Shown in pieces: positions 27,279 through 36,991 of a stretch of DNA of 64,000 nt. Made by a program: the position numbers and the translations under genes. The notes below the pieces were generated by a model, which searched no databases, was not told the DNA's origin, and was given only the letters and a program-made list of their open reading frames with translations. Source of the stretch: an uncultured Bacilli bacterium (GTDB lineage Bacteria; Bacillota_I; Bacilli_A; RF39; UBA660); the NCBI GenBank assembly GCA_947632455.1, contig CANRPK010000002.1:16683-80682 (forward strand). Reading direction: 5' to 3'. Position 1 is the first letter of the stretch. Every line of letters begins with the position of its first letter.

Positions 27279-28370
27279 TTATTCACTAATTAAAGTATCA
27301 TCATTATTAGTAAGTTTATTTACATCAACCTGATTAATAGAATCAAATCTCTTCGTTATCTTTTCACTTGTCGTATTAAGTTCTTCAACATTTTTATTTA
27401 CCGCATTAATACTTCTAGCCAGTTTATCCCAACGCTCTTTATATCTTGAAAATTCAATAGCAAGTTTATTTAATTCTTCATGAATTACTTTAGCATATTT
27501 ATCTCTTTCCATATTTTTTAAAATCATTTCTATAACTGTTAAAGTACTCATTAATGTTGTGGGACTAGTAATCCAAACTTTTTTATTATAAGCATAATTA
27601 AGTAAATCGGAATGATAGGCATTTACTTCCGCGAATATCGCCTCAGCGGGTAAAAACATTATGGCTTCATTTGCTGTTTCTCCCGGAATAATATATTTTG
27701 AACTTATGGCATCTATATGTTTTTTAAAATCGTTTTTAAAATTCTTTTCCGCGATCATTCTATCCGCCGGACTAAGTTTTTTATCAGTCATTCGCTCGTA
27801 ATTTTCTAAAGGAAATTTAGAATCTATTGCAATCGTTCCAAGCGGCGCAGGCGCATATAATATTGCATCAACAATAAAACCATTACTCATTTTATGTTGA
27901 ATATCATAAATACCATTAGCCACACTTCCGAAAGCATTCTCTAAAATAAAATTCAAATTTACTTCCCCAAAAATACCTCTTGATTTTTTATCTGTTAATA
28001 TACTTTGTAAAGAAATAATATCACTACTTAATCCATCTATTTTCTTTTGAGCTTCATCTATCTTTGATAATCTTTCTAAAACATTAGCAAATGTCTTATT
28101 AGTCTTTTCTAAAGATTCATCTAATCTTTCCGTAACTTTATTGTTAATTTCACTTAATCTTCTTAAAATATTTTCATTTAAATTATCAAAATCTTTTCTT
28201 AAATCACTAGCAAAATTAACTTTAAACTCACCTATTTCTTTAACTAGTTCTAATTCTAGTTTGCCCATTTTTTCAATTAATTCACTTTCTTTGTTATCTT
28301 GCTTTTTAAATAAATTAATAAATAATAAAATAATTGTAATACCAAGTAATCCAATAATTATATAATCCAT
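27279..28370 (-). CDS. rmuC: DNA recombination protein RmuC
   Basis: N-terminal TM and coiled coil, plus a C-terminal RmuC nuclease-like region (AILYAPAPLGTIAIDSKFPLE...MFLPAEAIFAE). Confidence 0.8.
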   Translation of the reverse strand: MDYIIIGLLGITIILLFINLFKKQDNKESELIEKMGKLELELVKEIGEFKVNFASDLRKDFDNLNENILRRLSEINNKVTERLDESLEKTNKTFANVLERLSKIDEAQKKIDGLSSDIISLQSILTDKKSRGIFGEVNLNFILENAFGSVANGIYDIQHKMSNGFIVDAILYAPAPLGTIAIDSKFPLENYERMTDKKLSPADRMIAEKNFKNDFKKHIDAISSKYIIPGETANEAIMFLPAEAIFAEVNAYHSDLLNYAYNKKVWITSPTTLMSTLTVIEMILKNMERDKYAKVIHEELNKLAIEFSRYKERWDKLARSINAVNKNVEELNTTSEKITKRFDSINQVDVNKLTNNDDTLISE

Positions 28371-28382
28371 TTTTAAACACCT

Positions 28383-28970
28383 CTACTTCAATTTTAATTT
28401 TTTATTAACTATATAACTAAATATATAAGCTATCACTAATAACACTATTACTCTAATTAAATAAATTGGATTTTTAATACTTTCAACTAAGCTAACTCCA
28501 ATAAAGCCCCAAAAATAAACTAAAAATATTTTTCCAATCATTAAAGAACATAGAAATTTTTTAACTTTCATTTTAGAAACACCCGCTGCAATATTTATTA
28601 AAAATGCTGGCGTAAAAGGAATAGCAATTATAGTTGTAAGTTCTTCAAATTTTATATTCGTAATATATTTAATTGTTTCCTCACTAATTAACCCTTTTTT
28701 CTTTAAATGACTATATAACCATGATTGGACTTTCCTTCTAAATAAACAAAAAGAAATAAAGCAACCCAAACAAGTAAAGAACCATGAAATTAAAAAGCCC
28801 CATATATTTCCAAAAGCCAAAAAATTAATTGTTATAAATACAAATAATGGCAATATTGGTAACATTGATTCAATTAATATACAAAAACAACCTACAAATG
28901 GTCCCCACATTCCTAAACTTTGTATTGCCTCATTAATAAAAGAATCTATTGCTTCAAACATATTAACCAC
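28383..28970 (-). CDS. TVP38/TMEM64 (DedA-related, VTT domain) membrane protein
   Basis: Polytopic, with a typical VTT-domain hydrophobic pattern. The start is ambiguous (GTG 28970 or ATG 28961). Confidence 0.55.
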   Translation of the reverse strand: MVNMFEAIDSFINEAIQSLGMWGPFVGCFCILIESMLPILPLFVFITINFLAFGNIWGFLISWFFTCLGCFISFCLFRRKVQSWLYSHLKKKGLISEETIKYITNIKFEELTTIIAIPFTPAFLINIAAGVSKMKVKKFLCSLMIGKIFLVYFWGFIGVSLVESIKNPIYLIRVIVLLVIAYIFSYIVNKKLKLK

Positions 28971-29028
28971 TATCTTTATTATAATACTTTTTAAACCTAA
29001 ATTATACTTAAAAACTATTTAATTGACA

Positions 29029-31035
29029 TTAAAATATTAAATTAATTCCCCAAGCAATAAACATTCCTACTAAAAGTGGTATTATAAACGCTAAAAACGT
29101 ATAATAATTACTATTAGTTTCTTTTTTTATTGTTAATAATGTTGTAGAACAAGGATAATGAAACATCATCAAAACTATAAAACATATCGCCGTTTTAATT
29201 CCCCAATTATTCATTATTAAAATTTCTTTTAATGCACTTACACTTGTAAAATTTGTTAAAGAAGAAGTCTTAAGATATCCCATAATCATCGCTGGAATTA
29301 CTATCTCATTTGCCGGAAATCCTAATAATAAAGCAAGAATAACTACTCCATCAACCCCTAATATTTTACCTATCGGATCTAAAAAATTACTAATTAAACT
29401 AAGAATAGGTTCATTATTTATTTTAATATTAGCTATTCCCCAAATAATAAATCCTGCAAAAATAGCCACTTTAACAGCTCTTCCTAAAACATATATTGCT
29501 CTATTTTTAAAACTATATTTTATAGTTTCAATAATATTAGGAAAACGATAAGGCGGTAATTCTAAAGTAAAACTTGAAGCTTTACCCTTTAATATAGTTT
29601 TAGATAAAACAAAACTAATTATAAAAGTTAATAAAATTCCCCCACCCATAAATAAAGTTAAAATTAAAGCACACCATAAACTAGAATATTTATTAGTAAA
29701 ATTTAAGAAAAACATCGTTATAACTGCAATAAGTGTAGGAAATTTTCCATTACATGGTACAAAAACATTTGTTAAAATTGCAAGTAACCTCTCCCTTTTA
29801 GAATCTATTATTCTTGCTCCAGTTACTCCGACCGCATTACAACCAACCCCCATACACATAGTAAGGGCTTGCTTACCACAAGCATTACATTTCGAAAAAG
29901 CTTTATCCATATTAAAAGCAATTCTTGGTAATACTCCTAAATCTTCTAAAAAAGTAAATAATGGAAAGAAAATCAGCATTGGTGGCATCATCACTGAAAC
30001 AACCCAATATAATGTTTTATAAACCCCATTTACTAATAAATCATTAATTACTTTAGGTACTCTAATAAAATTTAGAAAATTAGCTATATTATCTTCTAAA
30101 CCTTGAAAGAAATTAAATAATAAATTTGATGGTCCATTAGCTCCTTTAATAGTTAAATAAAAGATCAAAAATAAAAATATTAACATAATTGGTATACCCC
30201 ATAACTTACTAGTTAATATCCGATCAATCTTAAGTACTTTCTCTTCATAGTCTTTCTTTTTATAATAAACTACATTTTTTAATTTACTAACCACTATCTT
30301 TCTTATTTTAATAGCTACCTCTAAATTAATATCTACTTTCTCTAATCTTTCTTTAGACTTTTTAGTATTATCACTTAAATTAATTAAATTATTTTTTCTA
30401 AATTTATCTATATAATATTGATTATTCTCTAAAACTCTTAATGCCATCCATTTCTTATTTTTTGAGGATTCTTTAATATCTTTCTCTACCATTTTTATAC
30501 TATCTTCTAATATACCATAATCAATATTTAAATAATCACTTTCCTTTGCTTCTCTAATAGTTTTAAGTAATTCTTCTAATCCCACTTTTTCTTTAGCACT
30601 CATTTTTACTAATGGTAAATTTAAATTATTTTTTAATACCTCATAATTTATTGTAATCCCCTTTTTAATTGCTTCATCAATTAAATTAATACATACTACA
30701 ACCTTCTTAAATATCTCTTGAGTTTGAACAACTAAATTAATTCCCTTATCTAAACTTGTTGCGTCACAAACTACCACGGCAACATCAAAAAGACCATCAA
30801 AAATAAAATCTGTTGCGACCACTTCTTCTTTACTTCTAGCTAAAAGTGAATAAGTCCCAGGTAAATCATAAAATTCATATTTTATACTTTCAAAAACACA
30901 TTCTCCCTTTGTAAATTCCACGGTTTTTCCTGCCCAATTTCCTGTATGTACATCATTTTTAGTGAGGGCATTATAAATAGTTGATTTCCCCACATTTGGG
31001 GTTCCTATTAACGCTACTTTAATTGTTTTCATCAT
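29029..31035 (-). CDS. feoB: ferrous iron transporter FeoB
   Basis: N-terminal G-domain (GTPNVGKST, DLPGTYS), the gate motif, and a polytopic C-terminus. Confidence 0.93.
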   Translation of the reverse strand: MMKTIKVALIGTPNVGKSTIYNALTKNDVHTGNWAGKTVEFTKGECVFESIKYEFYDLPGTYSLLARSKEEVVATDFIFDGLFDVAVVVCDATSLDKGINLVVQTQEIFKKVVVCINLIDEAIKKGITINYEVLKNNLNLPLVKMSAKEKVGLEELLKTIREAKESDYLNIDYGILEDSIKMVEKDIKESSKNKKWMALRVLENNQYYIDKFRKNNLINLSDNTKKSKERLEKVDINLEVAIKIRKIVVSKLKNVVYYKKKDYEEKVLKIDRILTSKLWGIPIMLIFLFLIFYLTIKGANGPSNLLFNFFQGLEDNIANFLNFIRVPKVINDLLVNGVYKTLYWVVSVMMPPMLIFFPLFTFLEDLGVLPRIAFNMDKAFSKCNACGKQALTMCMGVGCNAVGVTGARIIDSKRERLLAILTNVFVPCNGKFPTLIAVITMFFLNFTNKYSSLWCALILTLFMGGGILLTFIISFVLSKTILKGKASSFTLELPPYRFPNIIETIKYSFKNRAIYVLGRAVKVAIFAGFIIWGIANIKINNEPILSLISNFLDPIGKILGVDGVVILALLLGFPANEIVIPAMIMGYLKTSSLTNFTSVSALKEILIMNNWGIKTAICFIVLMMFHYPCSTTLLTIKKETNSNYYTFLAFIIPLLVGMFIAWGINLIF

Positions 31036-31252
31036 TTACCTCAATATTCTTAGCATCTATATTTCTAAGGGCAATTATATTATTATTTATTTTATAAGCT
31101 TTAGGATCTTTAAAAGGACTAATAAGTACACATTTTACTTTATTATTGGGAATAAATCCCAAATCTAATAATCTCCTTTTTAAAGAACTATCTCTTACTT
31201 TTTCAACCACTACTTCTTTATTTAAAGAAATAGTATCTAAAGTCATAATCAT
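31019..31252 (-). CDS. feoA: FeoA family protein
   Basis: 77-aa SH3-like FeoA pattern (RRLLDLGF). Overlaps the start of feoB. Confidence 0.85.
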   Translation of the reverse strand: MIMTLDTISLNKEVVVEKVRDSSLKRRLLDLGFIPNNKVKCVLISPFKDPKAYKINNNIIALRNIDAKNIEVNDENN

Positions 31253-31276
31253 TTTTTTACTCTCCTCATATAATTT

Positions 31277-31294
31277 ATTAGTTTCCTTAAACTA
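31277..31294. promoter_or_regulatory. palindromic operator candidate TTAGTTTCCTTAAACTAA
   Basis: A 7-4-7 perfect inverted repeat between feoA and the divergent DtxR-family gene. Its ends (TTAG...CTAA) resemble the DtxR/IdeR box TTAGGTTAGCCTAACCTAA. Confidence 0.45.
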
Positions 31295-31335
31295 ACAACT
31301 ACTTTAATATATGTAAAATAAAGGATAGTGTTATT

Positions 31336-31737
31336 ATGCATGAAGAATTTTTTACTCTTACTAATTATTTACATAACAATAATGATATAACTTACGCTAT
31401 GGAAGATTATTTAGAAATGCTTTTTCGTAAACAAAAAGATAAACTTACTATTACTAAATTAAGTAAACTTTTAAATATAAAAAAATCATCCTGTAGTAAG
31501 ATGATTTCTAAATTAAAAAATCATAATTTAGTTATAGTTCAAAATAATAATTTACTATTAACTTCTAAAGGTTTAAAAATAGCTAAATATTTATATAAAA
31601 GACATAATATTTTAACTACATTTTTAACTAAATTAAATAAAAATCAATTTTCTTTAGATCAAGTAGAAAAAATAGAACATTTTATTGATCCCATAACTCT
31701 TAAAAATATTGAAAAACTAATTCATAATATAATTTAA
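31336..31737 (+). CDS. DtxR/MntR family metal-dependent repressor (short form)
   Basis: MEDYLEMLF, an HTH (ITKLSKLLNIKKSSCSKMISKL), and LTSKGLKIAKYLYKRHNILTTFL. Confidence 0.75.
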   Translation: MHEEFFTLTNYLHNNNDITYAMEDYLEMLFRKQKDKLTITKLSKLLNIKKSSCSKMISKLKNHNLVIVQNNNLLLTSKGLKIAKYLYKRHNILTTFLTKLNKNQFSLDQVEKIEHFIDPITLKNIEKLIHNII

Positions 31738-32412
31738 TAAAATTGGTGCTAAAATAATTAATAGAATTATCGGAATAAAAAATAATACACTAATAACACT
31801 TATTTTAGTTGGTAATTTAGCTATTTCAGCTTTTACGTCTAATATTTGCTTTTGTCTTAAATAATCTATTTGATTATATAAAGAATCCACTATATTAGTC
31901 CCATAAATATTAGCTTGAACCATATTTAATATTGCATTATTTATTGCCTCACTAGGTATTCTCTTTTTTAAAGCCTCCAAAGCTTCATTAATACTTTTCC
32001 CTAATTTAACTTCATGAAGCATTGTTTTAAATTCTAAAGATATTTCAGAATCTATATTTTCAACTGTTAAATCTAAGGCATGCTTTAAACTTCTACCACC
32101 CTCTAAAGTTAAAACCAAAACTTCAAAAAAGAATATAGCTTCTTTCTCTAACTTTTTTCCTCTTTTTTTGATATTATAATCATAAACAAAATATTCAAAT
32201 AATATATAAAAAATAAGAGCAATAACTGGTGCTAAAATAGCCCCATATTTACAAGTAAATAATATAATAATAAAAATACTTATTACCAAAGCTAATCTTA
32301 TATTTAAAAATGTTTCTACTTTTAAAGCTTTACTACCTAATTTTTTTTCTTTAGCTTCTAATCTTTTAATAGTACTATTTAAATATATTTTATTAATAAA
32401 TGATCTTTTCAT
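31717..32412 (-). CDS. tadC: type II secretion F-domain platform protein, TadC-like
   Basis: T2SSF-type membrane protein. Last gene of the tad operon. Confidence 0.7.
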   Translation of the reverse strand: MKRSFINKIYLNSTIKRLEAKEKKLGSKALKVETFLNIRLALVISIFIIILFTCKYGAILAPVIALIFYILFEYFVYDYNIKKRGKKLEKEAIFFFEVLVLTLEGGRSLKHALDLTVENIDSEISLEFKTMLHEVKLGKSINEALEALKKRIPSEAINNAILNMVQANIYGTNIVDSLYNQIDYLRQKQILDVKAEIAKLPTKISVISVLFFIPIILLIILAPILLNYIMN

Positions 32413-33407
32413 AACTTCACCTCAAGTACTCTTTTGATAATTAAAATATATAGTGTATATAATAAAATTATAAAAACTAAACAAATAATTCCTAAAGGTG
32501 TTTCTACTAAAGGTTTAAAATATAAAGGATTTAATAAAGCAATTATCATAATAAATATAAAAGGTAATAATACTAATAATTTAAATACAAATCTACTAGT
32601 CGCCGTTAAACTATTAAGTTCATTTTTTAAATTCTTTTTATCAAAAAAAGATCTTTCTATTAATGAAAATACTTTTATAATATCTCCACCCGTTTTATTT
32701 AAAAGTGTAAGTGAAGAAGTAATATATTTTGCATCTTCTAATTTAACTCTTTCATAAAATCTTTCAAATACTACATCTAAACTAAGACCATAAGTTATAT
32801 CTAAATATATCTTTTTAAACTCATCTTGAATAGGTCCATCTAGTTCATCCTTAACTACCTCCACCGCTTGCATTATATTTCTACCACTTTTAAAAGCATT
32901 ATTCATAATAATAATTGCTTTTAATAAATCATTTTCAATTCTTTTTCTTTTCTGTTGAAATTTAATTTTTAAATAAATATCTGGAAGTATAAAACTTAAT
33001 AAGAAGGCTATTAGTAATACCATTATATCTATTTTTTCTTTTTGTAAACTAAAAGATAATAATCCTAGTAACATAACTAAGAACGCTAATAAAAACTTAT
33101 ATGCGACAAAAAACATTCCATTTTTCTTTTTTTGAGCTTCATAACTAATATATTTATTATACTTTGTCGCATATTTTGTTAATACTTCTGAATGTCCTAA
33201 TATTTTTGATAATTCTAAAACTAACTTTTCTATTAAAATTTTAAACTTATCTAAAATTGATCCATCATCATCTACTTTGTTAGTATTTATTGCAAATCTA
33301 GCAATTCTTTTTTCTAATTTTAAAACATAAGAAAGTCGAAGTAAATAAACTATTACTCCTAAAATAATTAATATTAAAATGATTTGTAATATTCTTGCTC
33401 CGACCAT
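32409..33407 (-). CDS. tadB: type II secretion F-domain platform protein, TadB-like
   Basis: T2SSF pattern, adjacent to the CpaF ATPase gene. Confidence 0.7.
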   Translation of the reverse strand: MVGARILQIILILIILGVIVYLLRLSYVLKLEKRIARFAINTNKVDDDGSILDKFKILIEKLVLELSKILGHSEVLTKYATKYNKYISYEAQKKKNGMFFVAYKFLLAFLVMLLGLLSFSLQKEKIDIMVLLIAFLLSFILPDIYLKIKFQQKRKRIENDLLKAIIIMNNAFKSGRNIMQAVEVVKDELDGPIQDEFKKIYLDITYGLSLDVVFERFYERVKLEDAKYITSSLTLLNKTGGDIIKVFSLIERSFFDKKNLKNELNSLTATSRFVFKLLVLLPFIFIMIIALLNPLYFKPLVETPLGIICLVFIILLYTLYILIIKRVLEVKL

Positions 33408-33417
33408 TTTAACTCCT

Positions 33418-34845
33418 CTATTCTTTTGGACCTATACCTTCATATTTTCCTCGATAATATAAAGTTTGTACTTTACTATCTTCCTCTAACTTAGGCTTTA
33501 CTTCTTCCGGCTTTTGATAATTAGGATTAAAAATATCTTCAATATCACTAATTCCTCTAGCTAAAATCTTTTTATAAACTCTCGGTATTCCTTCATATAA
33601 AATAAATTCTCCATCAACTTCTCCAGTCTCAGTTAAACCTTTTTGTTTAAAAGCAAATATTTCTTTTAATTTAATTTCACCATCATTTAAACCTTCAAGT
33701 TCACATATACTTGTAATCTTTCTTTTTCCATCCCCCATTCTTTCAATATTAACTACTAAATCTATAGCACTAATAATATACTCTCTTACAGCTTTAACTG
33801 GAATATCCATGCCTCCCATTAAAACCATTGTTTCTAATCTATTTAAAGCATCTATTGGTCCATTTGCATGCATTGTCGTAAGTGAACCTTCATGTCCCGT
33901 ATTCATTGCTTGTAGCATATCAAAAGCTTCTTTACCTCTTACTTCTCCGACAATTATTCTATCAGGCCGCATTCTAAGACTATTAATAACTAAATCTCTA
34001 ATGGTTATCTCATTATTACCTGCATAATTAGTAGTCCTAGTCTCCAAAGATATTACATGCCCTTGTTCTAATTTTAATTCCGCGGCATCTTCAATCGTTA
34101 TAATTCTTTCATTTTCCCCAATAAAACCACTTAAAATATTTAAAAGTGTTGTTTTACCTGAACCAGTACCTCCACAAATAATCATATTTAACTTTCCTCT
34201 AACCGCTGCATCCAAAAATCTAGCCATATAAGGAGTTAATGTTCCCACTCTAATTAATTCATCAATACTGCTCATTGATTCTTTGAATTTTCTAATAGTA
34301 ACTACTGGCCCTTTCGTTGAAAGTGGTGGAATAACCGCATTAATTCTTGAACCATCTAATAACCTAGAATCCACCATCGGATTAGAAGCATCTATTGTTC
34401 TTCCTAAAGGTTGAATAAGTCTTTGTACTGTTCTAATAATATGCTCATCATTAATAAAAGACACACTATCATCTCTACTTATTACTCCATCTATTTCTAT
34501 ATATATTTCATTAGGAGAATTAATCATAATTTCGGTAATATTTTTACTATTTAATAATTCTGTAATAGGTCCATATCCATTAATTTCATTATCAATTAAA
34601 TTATATAAATGACTTCTCTCTAAATTCGATAAATCATATCCTTCAATCGTTTTATCAATTAAATCATTAATCCATTCATTTAAAGTTGTATCATTAGGCA
34701 TTTCTCGATCAATTAAATTTTCTACAATTTCCGTTCTTAATTTATCTAATAATTTTTTATCTTTAAATATTTCATAATCACTAATTATATTTACTTTAGT
34801 TTCTTTACTTTTTATATCAAAAGCATCTCTTAAACTTTGTTTCAT
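33418..34845 (-). CDS. tadA: CpaF/TadA family secretion ATPase
   Basis: Walker A GGTGSGKTT, Asp/His boxes (IITIEDAAEL, RMRPDRIIVGEVRG, TGHEGSLTTMHAN). Confidence 0.92.
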   Translation of the reverse strand: MKQSLRDAFDIKSKETKVNIISDYEIFKDKKLLDKLRTEIVENLIDREMPNDTTLNEWINDLIDKTIEGYDLSNLERSHLYNLIDNEINGYGPITELLNSKNITEIMINSPNEIYIEIDGVISRDDSVSFINDEHIIRTVQRLIQPLGRTIDASNPMVDSRLLDGSRINAVIPPLSTKGPVVTIRKFKESMSSIDELIRVGTLTPYMARFLDAAVRGKLNMIICGGTGSGKTTLLNILSGFIGENERIITIEDAAELKLEQGHVISLETRTTNYAGNNEITIRDLVINSLRMRPDRIIVGEVRGKEAFDMLQAMNTGHEGSLTTMHANGPIDALNRLETMVLMGGMDIPVKAVREYIISAIDLVVNIERMGDGKRKITSICELEGLNDGEIKLKEIFAFKQKGLTETGEVDGEFILYEGIPRVYKKILARGISDIEDIFNPNYQKPEEVKPKLEEDSKVQTLYYRGKYEGIGPKE

Positions 34846-35606
34846 GCTTCTACCCCTTCATTATACATATCACTAATAAGTTGCATTAAAGATGTATAAT
34901 CTCTACTAAATAAAATTGGCATTTTATCATCTAAAGTAATTATCTTTCCATCCATAATTATACTATCAATATTTTTAATATAAAAATCTTTAGAAATAAC
35001 ATAATCAACATTAGAATTAATAATATTTTTTATATCATATAAACTAAAATATTTCCTAAATGGATAAATACTTTCATTTAATACTATTTTATAATTATTA
35101 TAATTAATATCTTTTAATATAGTTAAAATACTTCGCATATTCTTTAAATCTAAAGGATCATTAGTAACTAAAAATATTAACTTATCTACTAAATCCATGA
35201 CTGAAATATTAATATCATTTAATATATGACTAGTATCTATTAAAACAATATCATAATTATATACTGCTTTATCAATTACTAATTCTACATATTTAGCATC
35301 AATCTTATTAGCTTGTCTAGGATCTTTAGGACTAGCTAAAACATCTATATAATTATCATATTTTGTAATATAATCTTTAAAATCTTTATAACGATTATTA
35401 TTATAATCATCTATAAAATTATAAATACTTTTATTAACATTTACATTTAAAGATGTAGCAATTCCCCCACTAGCTAAATCAAAATCAATAATTAATACTT
35501 TTTTTTCTAAAGTCTCATATAACCCCGCTAAATTTAAAGTAGTAATTGTTTTTCCTACTCCTCCTTTTGCTGATGTTATACATATTGCTATACCCTTACT
35601 ATTCAT
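34842..35606 (-). CDS. tadZ: ParA/MinD-type ATPase, CpaE/TadZ-like
   Basis: Deviant Walker A SAKGGVGKT. Preferred start is ATG 35604-35606 behind GGGTGA. Confidence 0.75.
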   Translation of the reverse strand: MNSKGIAICITSAKGGVGKTITTLNLAGLYETLEKKVLIIDFDLASGGIATSLNVNVNKSIYNFIDDYNNNRYKDFKDYITKYDNYIDVLASPKDPRQANKIDAKYVELVIDKAVYNYDIVLIDTSHILNDINISVMDLVDKLIFLVTNDPLDLKNMRSILTILKDINYNNYKIVLNESIYPFRKYFSLYDIKNIINSNVDYVISKDFYIKNIDSIIMDGKIITLDDKMPILFSRDYTSLMQLISDMYNEGVEA

Positions 35607-35620
35607 ATATTCACCCACTT

Positions 35621-35992
35621 TTATTCAATCATAATTTTGTTATTTAATTTATACCCCATAACATCTACTTTTATTTTATAACTATCTATTCCAATAATAT
35701 TTCCAAAAATACTTTCTATTTCTATTTCATTTCTAATTCTTATTTTATCATTATTTATATCAACTTTTAAATTAGTTATATCTATATTATTTTCTTTAAA
35801 TAGTTTTTCTATTTTATCTTGTTTATTTTCTTCATCAATTACATCTTTTATTATCATTCTACTTACATTTTCTAATTTAGCATGAGCATTACTAATAACT
35901 CCAATATCAACTACAAAAGCCCACATCATAATTATTAAAGGAATAAATATTATAAATAAAATTAATACTTGTCCATTTTTATCCAGTCTCAT
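35621..35992 (-). CDS. TadG/TadE-like pseudopilin (Tad_N type N-terminus)
   Basis: Has an MRLDKNG-QVLILF leader and hydrophobic segment, followed by DIG, as in TadG N-termini. Confidence 0.55.
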   Translation of the reverse strand: MRLDKNGQVLILFIIFIPLIIMMWAFVVDIGVISNAHAKLENVSRMIIKDVIDEENKQDKIEKLFKENNIDITNLKVDINNDKIRIRNEIEIESIFGNIIGIDSYKIKVDVMGYKLNNKIMIE

Positions 35993-36317
35993 TTAAAATA
36001 CTCCTTGATACTTCTATTTTATAAGGATTTTTAAGTATTAAATTTAATCCTGGTGTTATAATACTAATATTTTTATAAATAGTTAAATTTGTTAAAGTAT
36101 CTTCCTTTTTTACATCAATCTCTTCTATATCTAACTTATTTTTAATATTTTCTTGAGACTCACCCTTCTTATATAAATCTACTACATCACTTATTTGATC
36201 TTCCAATCTAATTTTCATATAAAAAAGTTTACCTATATCAAAAACTCCTAATAAAAGGATTAAAAACACCGGTAATATTATAATAAATTCAACTAATGCT
36301 TGCCCTTTTTTTTTCAT
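35979..36317 (-). CDS. tadE: TadE-like pseudopilin
   Basis: MKKKG-QALVEFIIILPVF carries the G/xxxxEF processing motif of TadE. Confidence 0.7.
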   Translation of the reverse strand: MKKKGQALVEFIIILPVFLILLLGVFDIGKLFYMKIRLEDQISDVVDLYKKGESQENIKNKLDIEEIDVKKEDTLTNLTIYKNISIITPGLNLILKNPYKIEVSRSILNETG

Positions 36318-36340
36318 TTTTTACCCCTTTTAAGTGCCAG

Positions 36341-36532
36341 TTAATCTCCCTTACATTTTCCCTCGCCAGGTTTATCACCTTTTATATATTCTTCATCAAC
36401 AAGGCTGCAAGAAGTTTTAGTTAAAGCATCTTTTAAATACCCACCAAAATAATTAACAAGTGCAATCGCAATAACACTAATTAAAGCCACGATAAGTATA
36501 TATTCCACTAATGCCTGACCGCGCTTATTCAT
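36341..36532 (-). CDS. flp: Flp family type IVb pilin (63 aa)
   Basis: MNKRG-QALVEYILIVALISVIAIA carries the Flp G/xxxxEY motif. Preferred start is ATG 36530-36532 behind GGGTGAGGG. Confidence 0.8.
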   Translation of the reverse strand: MNKRGQALVEYILIVALISVIAIALVNYFGGYLKDALTKTSCSLVDEEYIKGDKPGEGKCKGD

Positions 36533-36555
36533 AACCCTCACCCTTATCATAATTA

Positions 36556-36584
36556 ATCATATAATAAAAACCTTAAAAAGTCAA
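36556..36584 (-). promoter_or_regulatory. promoter of the flp-tad operon
   Basis: Minus strand reads TTGACT, a 17-nt spacer, then TATGAT. Confidence 0.55.
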
Positions 36585-36646
36585 TTTTTAGCTAATTATT
36601 TATCATAAAAAATAATATTTATGATACAATTATTATAGGTGATTAA

Positions 36647-36979
36647 ATGTTTATAAGAACAAATAAAAAAAAGTATAACATTATTTTAGCCGACACTTTT
36701 TCTAAAAGATTAAAAGGTCTTATGGGTAAAACCAATATTGATTATGGTATGCTTTTTCCAAATTGTAATTCTATTCATACTTATTTTATGAAAGAAAATA
36801 TAGATATAATTGGTTTAAATTCTAATAATGAAGTAATATATAAATATGAAAATCTAGATAAAAATCGTATTATTAAAATAAATAATGATCATAAAAAAAC
36901 TAGCATTTTAGAAATGCCAGCTAATTCTACTAAAAAAATTGCTATTGGTACTATCCTAATATTTAATGAAGATGCTTAA
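36647..36979 (+). CDS. DUF192 (COG1430) family protein
   Basis: ADTFSKRLKGLMGK...GMLFPNCNSIHTYFM...IDIIGL fits the DUF192 signature. Confidence 0.7.
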   Translation: MFIRTNKKKYNIILADTFSKRLKGLMGKTNIDYGMLFPNCNSIHTYFMKENIDIIGLNSNNEVIYKYENLDKNRIIKINNDHKKTSILEMPANSTKKIAIGTILIFNEDA

Positions 36980-36991
36980 ATCTTCTTTTTT
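36968..36991. terminator. bidirectional terminator between the DUF192 gene and obg
   Basis: GAAGAT-gcttaa-ATCTTC followed by TTTTTT. Confidence 0.55.
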
